Of a stretch of DNA of 64,000 nt, positions 24,875 to 37,631 are shown piece after piece. The DNA lies in assembly GCF_000143415.4 (NCBI RefSeq), contig NW_003314411.1, positions 214,540-278,539 of the forward strand. Reading direction: 5' to 3'. Made by a program: the position numbers and the translations under genes. Numbering within the stretch: the first letter of the stretch is position 1; each line of letters starts with the position of its first letter. Source of the DNA: Selaginella moellendorffii. Its lineage: Eukaryota; Plantae; Lycopodiophyta. The notes under the pieces were generated by a model, which was given only the letters and a program-made list of their open reading frames with translations, had not been told where the DNA came from and did not search any database.

Positions 24875-27800
24875 TATGAGGTTGAAGTGTATGGCTATAA
24901 TGTCATATACTAATATTAGCATTGTGGGATTTTTGTAGCCATCAGATTGGTTTCAATCCGGACCACTTGCTCTTGTATATAATTTAGAGTTTTTGGGCTA
25001 ATTGATATGCATATTTCTTATATTCTCTTTCCATATTTTGATAGTGGAAAGGGGCAGCTTTGATTGTCCTTAAGGAGTGCTTGGATTTAGGATTTTGGTT
25101 TAAATCTAGCTTTTATATTATCTAAATCTCTCTTTCCTTATAGCTTTTTCCTTTTGGTTTAAATTTAATTTTGCATTGTTTAGATCTCCTTTTCTTTATA
25201 GGTTTTTCCATTTCTTTTCTTTTTTTCATTCATCTTTATGGTAGAGCAACAATTTCCTCTTCCTTTGATTCTGGAGCAGCAGTTGGTGCAATTGTTATAC
25301 AATTGCGATTTGAACAACCAAACTCAATTGATGGCAATATTCATAGTGTGTGGTATTCTATTGCTTTTGTTGCCAATCCTCACATTTGGCCAAAGTTCTT
25401 CTATGGGAGTCTTGGGATGATGTGTACTATTGGTTTGATCACTTCATGGTGATTGCCACATATCATTCTTGGGATGATACTTAGCATTTGTGTAAGTTTC
25501 CTATTTGTCTATAAGGGATAGCATTGTAGTGGTATAATGGTTTGAGTGTAGCCACTCATAAGAATTGGAGTATTCTCCCAAATGTCTTCAAATATGCATT
25601 TGGACATGCCAGCAATTGTAATAATGCTTTATAACAATTGCATCATTTTTGTCAAGGGCCATTTGAGTTGCTGATGCAATTTAGCATTTATTTCTAAAGA
25701 CTTTTGCTTTATGCAAAGCCAACTATGTTAGAGCGGATCAATCTAGGAATGTTGTGGCTAGCATTTCGTCAAGATCTTGTAAGACTTGTGCATGCATTTG
25801 CTCTAGCCACCCTTGACAATACTCTTCACTTGGCGCAACATTATGAGACGTTACCTCTTCCACTTTTCATTGCATGTCCCTCAGCTCCACTTTTTGTGGG
25901 AGATGGTCTTATTCCAATAGAGGTTGATGCTGCTGCTACTTGAGTTCAAGGACAAGGGTGAGGATGTGGTCGTGGGTGTGATATTTGCTATCAAGTGTAT
26001 GATGAAGTTAGTCACACTTACCAGCATTGTCCACATTTTTTGAATTGGCAACCTCTATTTTCTGGGTGGAGACTTTGGCGTCAACAATGTCTTGTTGGTG
26101 CTACTACAATAGAATGTTTGGACACTTAAATGCATCTAGGAAACAAGGAGTCACACAAGTAATAAAGGGACCTTGCACGAATAAGTAAGTGACCCCTCCA
26201 TCTTTCTTTCAAGAGTATCATCAAGGGGTTCACTCGGCATCAGTTCATCTAGTGTTTACTTTCCAAGCTCTTTTTTATAGTAAAAGGTCTCCTATTATTC
26301 TCTCCGTATTGGTTGATATAAGTTTGAGTTTATCCTTTATTGCTCGACTTTTTGCCACACATTGCTATTTATATTTGCATTGTGCGGTAGAGCCAGTTTT
26401 TATTTTTAATGGCAATGGCCGTATACATGCATATGCACAGGATGAGGCAGACTTAATTGTGCATATGGGCGATCTCAAGCTTGAGTTCCAATCATTGTAA
26501 ATGGTGTTGAGTCATGTTTTTTACCTCATCTTTGGTATAGATTGGTTGTAGTGCAATCATGTCAAGTGTGATTTTGAGGCTTCTTCCCCTTATTTCATAC
26601 TTTTTTATATTTCTTTTATTCCACTTACTTCTGTACTTCTTTTGTACATTTCTTTGTTTCTACCTTTGCTTCTATCACTTTTGTCTCTCCATTACTTCCT
26701 CTTATATTTTCATTTTATTCCTCTCTTCCTTCTTCTGATCCCTCCGACAGTCTTTATATTATAGTAATTGACTAACTCATGATGATTCACCAAGTTAGAT
26801 GTTGCTTCTGGGTATTGGCAAGTGCCGATGGCCAAAGAAGATATTCATAAGACTACTTTTCATATACTATTTGGTTTGTACGAGTTCTTGATGATGCCAT
26901 TTGGTTTGAACAATGCTTTAACAACTTTTTAGCGAATGATGGACGAGGTTCTTTATAATATGCCAGAGGTGACTACTGACTTTATCGATGATGTTTTGAT
27001 TTATCCAGAGGGGACGTAGGAAGAATATATCAAGATATTTGGGGTACCATATTTCTCATAAGGGTTTGCAAGTTGATACTAACAAACTTATGGCTATTAT
27101 AAAGTTCCCTACTCCAAAGTGTGTGAACAATGTTCAATGCTTCCTAGGCAAAATGTAGTATCTTGGTCATTTTGTTGATCATCTTTTTGATTGCACTACA
27201 CCGTTGCGAGTGTTGCTAAAGTTATCAACGTTATCTTTCATTTGGTTTGTGGACTGTGAGCAAACATTTATGGATCTCAAAGAGTTATTGATAACCCCTC
27301 CGGTTTTGGCATATCCTAACTACACTTGACCTTTCATTTTATGCGTAGATGAAGGAACTCTCTAGTGGTGCTTTCAAACTAACTTAATGTTGAGATTGGG
27401 GCTTAGGGGCCTTGGGTGGGAGTGAACATGCACTCGAGTGGTGCCAGAAGGGCCACCTAAGGAAGTGCTCAAAAGCAACTCCCACTTCAAAAAGGGAAAC
27501 CGATTGCAATGCTCATAACTCATATAGAGTGGTATCCACTTGAGTACCTTGCAGCTCATTGGTCCTCATCCCTTCCTAGGGTCTTGGGCCTTACTTCGGG
27601 ATGAAAGTGGGAGAGTAGAAGTACCCATGCCGGGCTGTTAGGCCACGGTGTTTCCCCCTGGTGCCCTGAAGCAAGTGTTGCATTTAAGGTTTAAGATTTA
27701 AAGAGTTCCATGATTAAGTCTTGTTATACCAAGAGATGTTAGGAACTTGAAAGCTTGGTGTGCTTGGTTGCTTATGATTGTAGAGAGTGTAGCTGAACTT

Positions 27801-29156
27801 TAAGTTCAATCTAACCTAGGAAGGGGGATTAGAGATTTAGGAATCCGTGGATGGATGGCTAATGCTCCATTACTCATGCAATAAGTTGCTGAAACCAATT
27901 AGAACCAAGTAAGAGTTAGTACAATAAGTAGGAACTTTGGCGAGGGAACTTAACTAAGGCTAAGGTGTTGGTTGGATAGACAAGGTAAATTGGCAAATTG
28001 GAAAGGAAAAAATTGTGGCTTACATTGACTTGCTAAGTGGAAGTTGGTGCTCTTGCTAATGCATCTGCAACTGTTATTGGATACTTCCTCCTCAATTGAG
28101 TGATGTTTTAGCATTCTTGTCTAGAGTAGATTCTTTCGGATAATGGTCTTGCATTTATAATTGAGGCATTTCACATTTTTTACGTCTCAGTTATGGATAC
28201 GCCACATTTTCATGAGTGTTTATCATCCATAGTCAAACGGTTTGGTGGAATGGCTTATTTGGGCCTTCAAAGAGATGATCACAAAATACGTGAATTTTTA
28301 GCATTCAGATTGGGATGGTTATTTGTCGTCTCTTTAGTATATGTATGTCATAAGGGTGTAGAATTCTATTGGTACTTCACTATATAAACTTCTATATGTT
28401 GGTCATGATCCAATACTACCAACGGAGTTGGGTTTACCTTTGCGATTGTTGTGGGATACCGATACTAAGTTATGGGATCAATATTTGATAAGCATTCTTC
28501 CACTTGTTTGAGTAGAGTTTGCTGAACACTTAGGCAGCATACAAGTGGGACAACAACAATGTTACAACTCTTATCATTGTCCACTTATGGAATACAAAGT
28601 GGATGATTTGGTGTTAGTTTATTTTCCCCATTTTACAGTATATAATTTATCTAAAGGGTCCTTGCTTAGTGGAAAGGACCATATTGAGTGTGTTAGCAAG
28701 TTGGATCACAAGTTTATGAGGTTTGACATGACATCCAGCAAACCAATCTTCCAGAAATTATGCAGTTGCGGCAAATTGAACCACAAATTTATGAAGTTTG
28801 ACATGACATCCAACATGCCGATCCTCCAAAAATTATGCATGTGCAGCAATTGAAATGCTTTGTACAAAGGGATTATGAACAATTAGCACTATTTATAGAT
28901 CCACTAATACCTCCTCTTAATGTTCCTCTAGATCCCAACCCATCCACAAGAGAACCCTAATGGTCTTTCATCATTTTGAGAGGAGGGGATGATGTAAAGT
29001 CCAAGTATATAGCTATAATGTTGTATACTAATATTAGCGTAGTGAGATTTTAGTAGTTGTTAAATTAGTTTCAATATAGACCACTCACTCCTATATATAA
29101 GCTAGGGCTTTTATGGTAATTGATATGCACATTTTTTATTATTCCATGCACACACA
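24875..29156 (+). mobile_element. Gypsy family B, degenerate near-full element (LTRs ~24875-25036 and 28993-29156)
   Basis: [20 protein letters not shown]...GLYEF.MMPFGL, an integrase remnant, and PPT gagaggaggggatga before the 3' LTR. Confidence 0.8.
27350..28024. mobile_element. Probable solo LTR of an unrelated family inserted in family B pol
   Basis: TG...CA-bounded foreign block interrupting pol between RT/RH and INT. No TSD seen, and there is an adjacent deletion. Confidence 0.45.
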
Positions 29157-29548
29157 AATTATTTTAAGCATAATCTTAAAACACTAACTTTTTTTTAAGA
29201 TATCTTGAAGATACTGTTTTTTGTTTGTCTCATGCACAAAGAGACTAAGTAACTTCAATTACATCTACCAATGTTTAGAGAATGGTCAATACATTTGAAA
29301 AGGCCATAGACATTGTTGATATTAATAAAATGTTAATCCCAGGGACCACAATAAAATAGATGCAAATTAATTTCCTTTATCACTCTTCTCCCTAAAACAT
29401 TTTGCAATCCAAGAAGTTCTCTAACACTAATTTACCTTTTCTCTTAAGTTCTATTGGGAGAACTTCTGCATGTTGAAGCATTAAGTTCCTCCAGTATTTT
29501 AAACTCTCTACAAATTCATAGATGCAAGTTGGCTATAGAGGAGAGGCA

Positions 29549-31035
29549 ATGTCAAATCTTGTGTGGTAGCTGTGGTGGTGGCTGTTTAATTGTTTCTCCA
29601 AGTCTCTCAGAATTGGATGGGCCACTTAAAAAGGATGTGCCATTTGGGACGGGACTGTGGTTTATCTATGCTGGGATCTCGACCTTCCTGGTTGTGTTTG
29701 CTGGGCTCATGTCTGGTCTCACGCTGGGACTCATGAGCTTAGGCGTGGTGGACCTGGAAATTCTACAAAGAAGTGGTACTCCCAAGGAGAAGCATCAAGC
29801 GAGTTTCCTACTTCCACTTTTGCTTCGTATAACACCTCTTTTTCCAGCGGCAATCTTTCCAGTGGTTCAAAAGCAGCACTAGCTCCTGGTGACTTTACTT
29901 CTCTGCAATTCATCTGCCATGGAGGGGAGTGAGAAAAAATGGTTTTTTTTTTTTTGGTGAATGATTTCGATGCCAATTTCTTGCAGGCTCTGCCGATTTT
30001 CCTGGACAAGATGTTTGATCCTGTCACAGCAGTCACATTGTCCATTACATTTGTGCTTGCGTTTGGAGAGGTTTGTGTTTCACCGTATTCTTTGGTTGCG
30101 ATTCCCAACGTGTGAACTCCAGGTTCTTCCTCAAGCCATTTGTGCTCGATATGGGCTCGCTATCGGTGCGAATCTCGTCTGGCTTGTCAAAGTAGTGATG
30201 GTGGTCTGTTATCCAATGTCTTATCCAGTTGGGAAGGTATGACACCTGTTGGGTCTACATTCTCTCTTGAAGTTAACTCCAAACGTGATTGATATTTTAT
30301 TGCAATTGTCTTGTCATGAAGCTGATAATATATCTGTCCTCTCCAGGGAAGCAATGGGACGGATACTTGCTCGGGGTCATAGTCGTGTGCCAGTTTTTGC
30401 TGGAAGCCCTCGTAACATCATCGGACTGTTGCTGGTAATCAGCTTGATATATTTGTGTTCACATCACATCGATGTTTTTCCACTTTCTTTTAGGTGAAAA
30501 GCCTATTGACAGTTCGGCCTGAAGCCGAAACGCCTGTCAATGCTGTGTCCATACGAAAGATACCAAGGTACTTAGTGTTACTTTTGTATGAGGTACAATT
30601 GGGGTTTCTGCTCAGAGTACCTGCAGACATGCCTTTGTACGATATCCTGAACGAGTTCCAGAAAGGAAACAGCCACATGGCAGCTGTGGTGAAAGCGAAG
30701 ATGAAAAGGAAGCCAAGGCACACTACACATCACACACATAATGTGAACCACGAGGAACGCTGGTCGTACGGTCCCAAGCAACATGACGATGAAAATGGAA
30801 AGGCAGATGATTTAGAAGACAGAGAAGTTATAGGTATTATCACTTTGGAAGACGTGATTGAAGAGCTGCTCCAGATAAGAAGCCTAGCTGCGAATACCTT
30901 CACCTTAACAGATTTCTTGTATCTGATTTCCAGGAGGAGATAGTCGATGAAACTGACGAATACGTAGATGTTCATAGGAGGTAAGCATCTCCTTGCGGCC
31001 TCATGTCTTAAATCTCGTTTGTCGTGCCAGAATTC
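29549..31035 (+). pseudogene. DUF21/CBS protein pseudogene, 5' part (copy 2)
   Basis: LVVFAGLMSGLTLGLMSL, EALPIFLD, GHSRVPV and LYDILNEFQKGNSHMAAV are present. Lesions: premature TAG at 29880, lost splice donors (e.g. ccagATAAG at 30875), missing exons and the Copia insertion. Confidence 0.9.
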
Positions 31036-31190
31036 TGTAGATAGCCAGCCTGGAGTCTAATCCAAGGTGGCAAGAGATTCATGTGGACGCTGAAATGAGC
31101 GGACACAAGACTTGTATATATTTACATGGAGAAAATGACAAAGTGGTAGTTAGGGGAAACAAAGTATGTCGTTTAACTAGAAAACTAACA
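31036..31190 (+). repeat. Copia 5' LTR
   Basis: TG...CA; about 9 differences from the 3' LTR. Confidence 0.95.
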
Positions 31191-32695
31191 TGGTATCGGA
31201 GCACACGATGATCTCATAGGCAAAACAAGACCACGCAGCGGGCAGCAAGGCTACACAACTCTAGATCGCGTGACCGCTCGACTGCAGCAGAAGAAGAGGA
31301 AGGGAAAAATCCGTGCTGTAGAAAAGTTCATTCAAGATCAGGGTTGGAGCGTGCTACAGGCAGAGATTTTGAGAATTGGGCCAAAGAGATTTCGTTCCTC
31401 TTTCTCTGGGACAACTGTCAGTGGCAAGCAACGAAAAGGTCAGAAATGATAAGGCACTCTCCACCATGGGGATTGGCTTGGGCAAATTGCACCACCACCA
31501 CCTGGATATCACGAAGACCACATAAGAGAATTGGAAAGCCTTTTATCAATGAAGAAGAACCAGCCGAAGACCAGACACCTGCAGATACAACACAACCACA
31601 GCTTTGTTTGTCAACTCAAAGCAAACAAAGAATTCTCCAGGTAAAGGAGGCAGTGCTAGCAGTTTCAAGGCTGGTACAAGCAACACTGCGAGCAGTTTCA
31701 AGGCTAGCGATGTTGGAGATAGCAACTCACGTGAGTGTAAAGGTGAGTGAAATTATTGTAAGCAGGTTGGACACTACGCCAGAGAATGCCGAGACAGGTT
31801 AGCAGGGCATCCTTGAGGATTGGGGAGAAAGAATGCCAAGACTGGCTATACAAACCAGCCAAGAGCTCTCATGGTAAGAGCTATTCCAGAACATGTGTTT
31901 GTTCAGCAGCAGGATCAAGACGTAATCTGGCTGGACACGGTAGCAAATATGCACATGACAGGCAGGCGAGAAGCTTTCCTGAACCTCAGGAAACTTTCTA
32001 CAGATAGGCAGGTTGGTTTAGGAGACAAGAGTCTTCTTTCAGCTGTAGCAGTGGGCACAGTTCAAGTAAAGCTGGCCTCAGGAGAGCTACGACATATCAG
32101 GAACATATAGGCTTGGCATATCATCTTTTCTCAATCGGTGCAGCTTCTAACAACGGTTTCTATTTTATTTTTAATGCCAAGCAGGCTATTATGCAAGACG
32201 AGAAGACATATCAAGCAATGGCTTATGGACAACACTATTCTGGACTTTATAAACTTGACGCCACCATGGTTGTTCTAGACAAGCAGCCAGATCGAGCGCT
32301 CTCAACTCGAGGGAGTAATCTCCAGTTGTGGCATGAGCGTCTAGGCCATGTACATGAAGACGCCCTCAAAGCAGTGTCCAGAGATCAATCACATGCACAA
32401 GAATTCGAGTTTACAAGCAAGCTTGAATTTTGTGAGGCTTGTGTGCTAGGAAAACAAGCATGCACATCTTTTCCAAAGTTTTCAGAATCCAAGAGCAATC
32501 AGCCTCTTGAGCTTGTTCACACAGATGTGTGTGGGCCTCTCCATGTCCAAAGTCATTGTAGAATGAGGTATTTTTTGACATTCATTGATGACTACTGATG
32601 CTATACAGTCCTGAGACTTTTGGCCAAGAAATCTGAAGTTCTTGATCACTTTAAAGTTTACAAGGCTTCAATTGAAAATCTTCTTGGTTAAGCAG

Positions 32696-35376
32696 ATCGA
32701 CTAGGCCATTTTCGGTACATTCGTCTAAGGCATAGGATCATCCGCCCGGTAACCCGGTACCAACCACGACCAAAACGATTTCCCTAAGCAATTCCTATGT
32801 CACCTCCTATGGTTTGGGTGTCCGGGGGGTACCTGTATCATGGAAGATGAGGATTAGTAATGCAATCTCTGTTAGTTCTATCTCTCATTTTGTGAAAGTA
32901 CGAAGCTAGGTTTCAAGAATGAACTAAGATTTGCACGACTGATGCTCGCGAGCCAATGTACTCAGGTACATGCCCGGGCCGCACATCAGAAGTGACTTCC
33001 AAAGACTAGAACTAAGGAGCATGCTCAACCTGATTGCTATCCATTGACTCATGGATCTCGCTGTCTGGACCAGTTGCTGTCATCTCGTCTTTTTTCTAAG
33101 TAGATGATTAGAAGCTGGAACAATTGATATCACAAGCACTACCTGGGCAGAGCCCCTTGTGTCGCCGTGGCGTTTAGTTCCGGCGCTCTGGCCGAGAGAA
33201 CAAGCCAAGGGTAAAGATACACAAAAAACCGAATCATTTGTACCTGTTTTTGCATGGCTAGGAATGCGGTAGTGAGATTCCTCGTGACCTTAGTGGTGGG
33301 TGTAAGCTCGTTTCGAGCTATTCCCAAACAAACACTTCATTGGCACTGCTCATTCTTGCGGTGCACAACGAAGCGGCTGTTGATCCTAGAGTGGGCGGGA
33401 AGTGTGCGTGGTTGTGCTAGTGCACAGCCTTGGCTTGCTCTACTTGTGGATGCACTCCTGGAGAATGCGGCGGTGGCGGATGCAAGCGAGAAACCCTAAC
33501 ATTAGGGTTTTTCCCGTCACTTCATACATTTCAGTGTGAGAAAAGCAGCCATAAAGTTGAATAGCTATAGCTTGTAATTAGGTTTGCCTATCCGTATAGC
33601 GTGTTTCTTCATGTGAGATTCTGTGAGGAATCCAAGGTTTTGTTTTTACCATGCCAGGTCTACTCATGTGTCCCATTAGTTTATCCATGGGGAAAACAGA
33701 GTTTTTTGTAAGCAAGATTTCCTTTAAAAAAATTCTTTTTTAAAGAAGACCTTTTTGTGATAAAGCGTGGGATCTGTCTCAGAATGAGAGAGCAGAACTT
33801 GTGTTGTATTTTCATTTACTAATCAAAACACAATTGTAGTCAATGTTACACCTACACATTTTAGTTCAGTGCGTAACCAAGGACTACATGGTAAGTTTGG
33901 AGGAACTAGTTCTTTTGTTGTTCACAGTCTAAAAGGGCATAAATATCGAATCTATTATGTTTCGATATGATGCAGAGTGATGGATAGTGTTGCCTAGAAG
34001 ACAGAACCCCTGGTGCTCAGCTTGAGTTTGCTGAGTCGTCGAGTTGTGGTGGGCGATTGGCCAGCTCTCTCCAAATATCAAAGAGAATGTCCAGGACTGC
34101 TTGCACCGGTGTTAAGGGGCTGGTAAGAATGATACGATCCAGACCACTAAGGATGAGTCGTCTTAATGCATAGCAATGGAATCCTTTTTCCACGAAGCAG
34201 ATTATCAATCTCAAGGACAACACTACCAGTGGTGTTAATCAGATAGAAAAGTGCAAAGACTTGTGTCAGGATTACTTTGGATGAGTTTGCCACAGGTCAG
34301 TTTGAATCTCGATGAATGTACAGTGAGACTTTGAATGGAAGTGATCAGTGTTTATCATACTTTGTGGTTAAGAAAGTACCATCATCTGGATCTGAAGGCT
34401 CAAGAAGTGAGCAGACAGATTCACGAGCGAGCCATCCGTGCCGATGAATGGATTGTCCATCTCATTTTGCATGGCAAGGAATCGTAATGGATATATCCAG
34501 AACGGATTTCCTTCAGACTCAACTTGATCAGGGTCAAGGAAGCAGAGGATCATGGGGTTATTCATTGACACCAGATCGTCCATATACCGGAAAGTGTGTT
34601 TGAATAGGCACAACAGATCGTACCAGCCTAGACGAGCAAGTCGAGTGATAAAGTTATACTCGAAATAGAATAGGTACAGGTTACACCACAAAGGTGAGCA
34701 CGAGAAGCCCATAGGAATTCCTCGGACTTGTCTCCATACTCTATTACCCAGCTGGACATATGTGTTCCGAATGATAAAGTTATTTAGCTCGATAACTTTT
34801 GTTGTATCCATTTTGGTAGCCTTTACTGATGAGTGGCATAGAGGTTTGCATTCAGCCTCAAGCTTGCTGTTCTTCTTTTGAATCAGAAAAAGGTCTTTAT
34901 AGAGGTAGTTTTGGTGCGCAAATGCCAAATTGACAAGGTTTGTCATGGCTGTCGTGAGGCCTTGATCTCCCTCAAGGGGGATGGCCTCATAGCACTTTGT
35001 GATATCTCCCATGTAGATCGTGGTGATCCTGTCAGGAAGATTAATCGCGAACTCCTGTGTGGGTCCAAGGATCTAGCACGCGTTCATTTTTCCTCCAAAG
35101 AATTTTGCCCGTGCATAGAAATCATCAGCCATGTTTTGTAGCACCTCCTATGTCCCTTTTATGATAGCTGTTAGGCAGATTGTGATTTCAGAGAAAACAC
35201 ATCCGTCCGCATTGGTTAACCAGTGCATTTTATTCTTGTGTGCTTTATAGATTCCCATGAGGTAAGGGAGATCTGGTTGCTGTGGCGGGAATTCCTGTAA
35301 GAGTGGTTCACCAAGCAGTTGTTTTACAACTTGCTTGGGTGTCTCAAGGACATTATTGTCCGAGACTATGAGTGAA
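32696..35376 (-). mobile_element. Penelope-like retroelement (PLE), 5'-truncated; RT at ~35370-34020
   Basis: RT motifs DITKCYEAIP, RQVRGIPMGFSCSPLWCNLYL and FRYMDD are PLE/TERT-like. Flanked by AAGCAG direct repeats (32690-95 / 35377-82). It splits the Copia integrase ENLLG|KQLKTLCSDRGG. Confidence 0.8.
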
Positions 35377-36128
35377 AAGCAGCTCAAGACTTTATGCAGT
35401 GACAGAGGTGGCAAGTACAAGTCACAAAATTTTATGAAGCTGTGCAATGAGAGCGGTATCTAGCAGCAGTTTACAGCTCCAGATAGTCCTGCTCAAAATG
35501 GAGTTGCTGAAAAAATGAACTGGACCCTTATGGAGAGTGCACGTAGCATGCTTATTCACGCAGGAATGCCACTATCATTCTGGGCCGAGGCAATTAATAC
35601 AGCCACATATACTAGTAATTGAGTGCCTACCCAGCCACTTGCAGATATTTCTTATTGTCTTTGGACCAGGAAGCCAGTCAGCTTGAGACATCTATAAGTT
35701 TTTGGATGCATGGCTTATGCGAAAGTTTCTAACAATCATTGCAGAAAATTGGAGCCGGAAGAGCATTCCTTGTGTCTCGAGACGAAAGCGTATTGTCTTT
35801 ACAACATGGCCACCAGATCAATTCTTATGAGCAGAGATGTCAAGTTTGATGAGAATTCTCTTTACGAGCATTGTTATAAAAATCCTGAGACTTCATCTTA
35901 CATGACGAAGAAGATGTTTCTAGGGCATCTTGGCCACAGCCGCAAGTGCACGGCCAGCAGCAGCTGCAAGTTCAGCAGCCTCAGCCTCAGCAGCAGGTCA
36001 AAGCAGAGCAGCAGCCTCCACTCGAGCTCAGTCTTGTCACACCCGAGCAAGAAGATGAAGCAGTTAAGCCATTTGATGATTGGCTTCATTTTTCCAGGTT
36101 TGTTTGATGAACCAGAGGAGGAGGAGTC

Positions 36129-37631
36129 GAAAGAAATGCATAATACAGCACCCCTCACTCTTACGTGGTTGCCCCTTTGCCACGCTCACTCCTCGCTTCC
36201 TCCATGGCGCGCTTAGTCACGCCCAGAGCTTGTTTAACGACTAACTCTAAATTAGTAACGTTAAACTTTAATTAGTAGATGTTGTTAACGGATATGTTAA
36301 CGACTATAATTTTATAATTAGCCAGTGAATGAACGGCTATAATTTATAAGTATATAACCTACGATTGGTTTAGGTCTTTCCTCATTGTGTTTTATGTTTG
36401 TGCTCCTTATATTTTATTTCTTATTTTATTCATTCTCTTTAGTATTATGGCTAGATTGGAATATGTAGATTATGCTCAAGATAGTATTCTTTCTTTTTCT
36501 GATCTTATTGAGAGAACTAATAGTAAGGTAAATTCTTTTAGTTTTTGTATTACGATTGGTCTTCTTCCACAAGAGAGAGAATGTGAAAGATGCCATCAAC
36601 CAATGAGATATCGATCTGATAATCGAGGTTGTAAAGATGGTTTAAAGTGGAATTGTAAAAATTGCAATACCACAAGATCTCTTAGAACTAATACATGGTT
36701 TGCAAATAGTAATCTCACATTTGCTCAAATGCTTAGAGTGATATATTGTTGGTGCATTAAAATGCCACAAGATCAAGCTTGCATTGAGTGTAGTATTAAA
36801 AGTGAGCATACGACAACAAATTGGTACAACTTTTGTCGTGATATTTGTGTTATCACATTACAACGAGGTAGTCAAAAAATTGGTGGTCCAGGAAGAATTG
36901 TAGAAATTGATGAAAGCAAGTTTGGTAAGTGGAAATATAATCATGGTAGAAGAGTAGAAGGTCAATGGGTCTTTGGAAGAATTGAACGTGATTCAGATCG
37001 AATGTTTATGGTTCCGGTAGCCGATCGTACTGCACAAACTTTAACTGATATATTATATACATATGTTGAACCAGGTAAGTTTTATTTCTATTATTATTCT
37101 TAACTAATAATTATAATTAATTTGTTAGGAACAATTATATATAGTGATTGTTGGGCTGGTTATGATTCAGAGTGGTTGAATCAATTGAACTTCACTCATT
37201 ATACAGTCAACCACTCCCAAAATTTTGTTGATCCCGTGACTGGAGTTCATACAAATCGTATTGAATCAACATGGAATGCAGTGAAAAGATCCCTTCCTCG
37301 CTATGGTACAACAAAAGGATTATACAGCTCTTACTTTCAAGAATATATTTGGCGAAAAATATATATTGAAAGAAAGGAAGCTGCATTTAATATTCTATGC
37401 AGTCATATTAAGCTATACAATCAAGATAATGCTGTTATAGTAGAATAAATAATATATTTGATTTTGTACTTTTAAATACTTAAAAATAGTTGAAAATAAT
37501 ATACTAGAACAATCTTTAATTTATAGTGATGAGGTGGCATGCGCATGTAAGCAATGAGTTGGCGTGCAAATCCAAATAAGCAAATGGGGCCCACCCTAAA
37601 TAAGGGGGTTGCTGTATTGTGCATTCTACCC
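36129..37631 (+). mobile_element. Merlin (IS1016/ISXO2-related) DNA transposon
   Basis: 8 bp TSD GAGGAGTC (36121-28 / 37632-39) and imperfect TIRs (core AATGCA(T/C)AATACAGCA) around a transposase gene. Confidence 0.9.
36447..37448 (+). CDS. Merlin/ISXO2-like DDE transposase, ~315 aa; exons 36447-37074 and 37129-37448
   Basis: N-terminal CxxC...CxxC, IVEIDESKFG, WVFG.IER, GTIIYSDCWAGY, H.TVNHSQNFVDP.TGVHTN.IESTW. The 54 nt GT-AG intron with a CTAAT branch restores the frame; no stops. Confidence 0.92.

Noticed and set aside
32700-32735. Possible hammerhead ribozyme in the PLE tail (minus strand TAGACGA...GAAA)
   Set aside because: The CUGANGA core is not intact and I could not form stems I and III. 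An Infernal scan would be needed.
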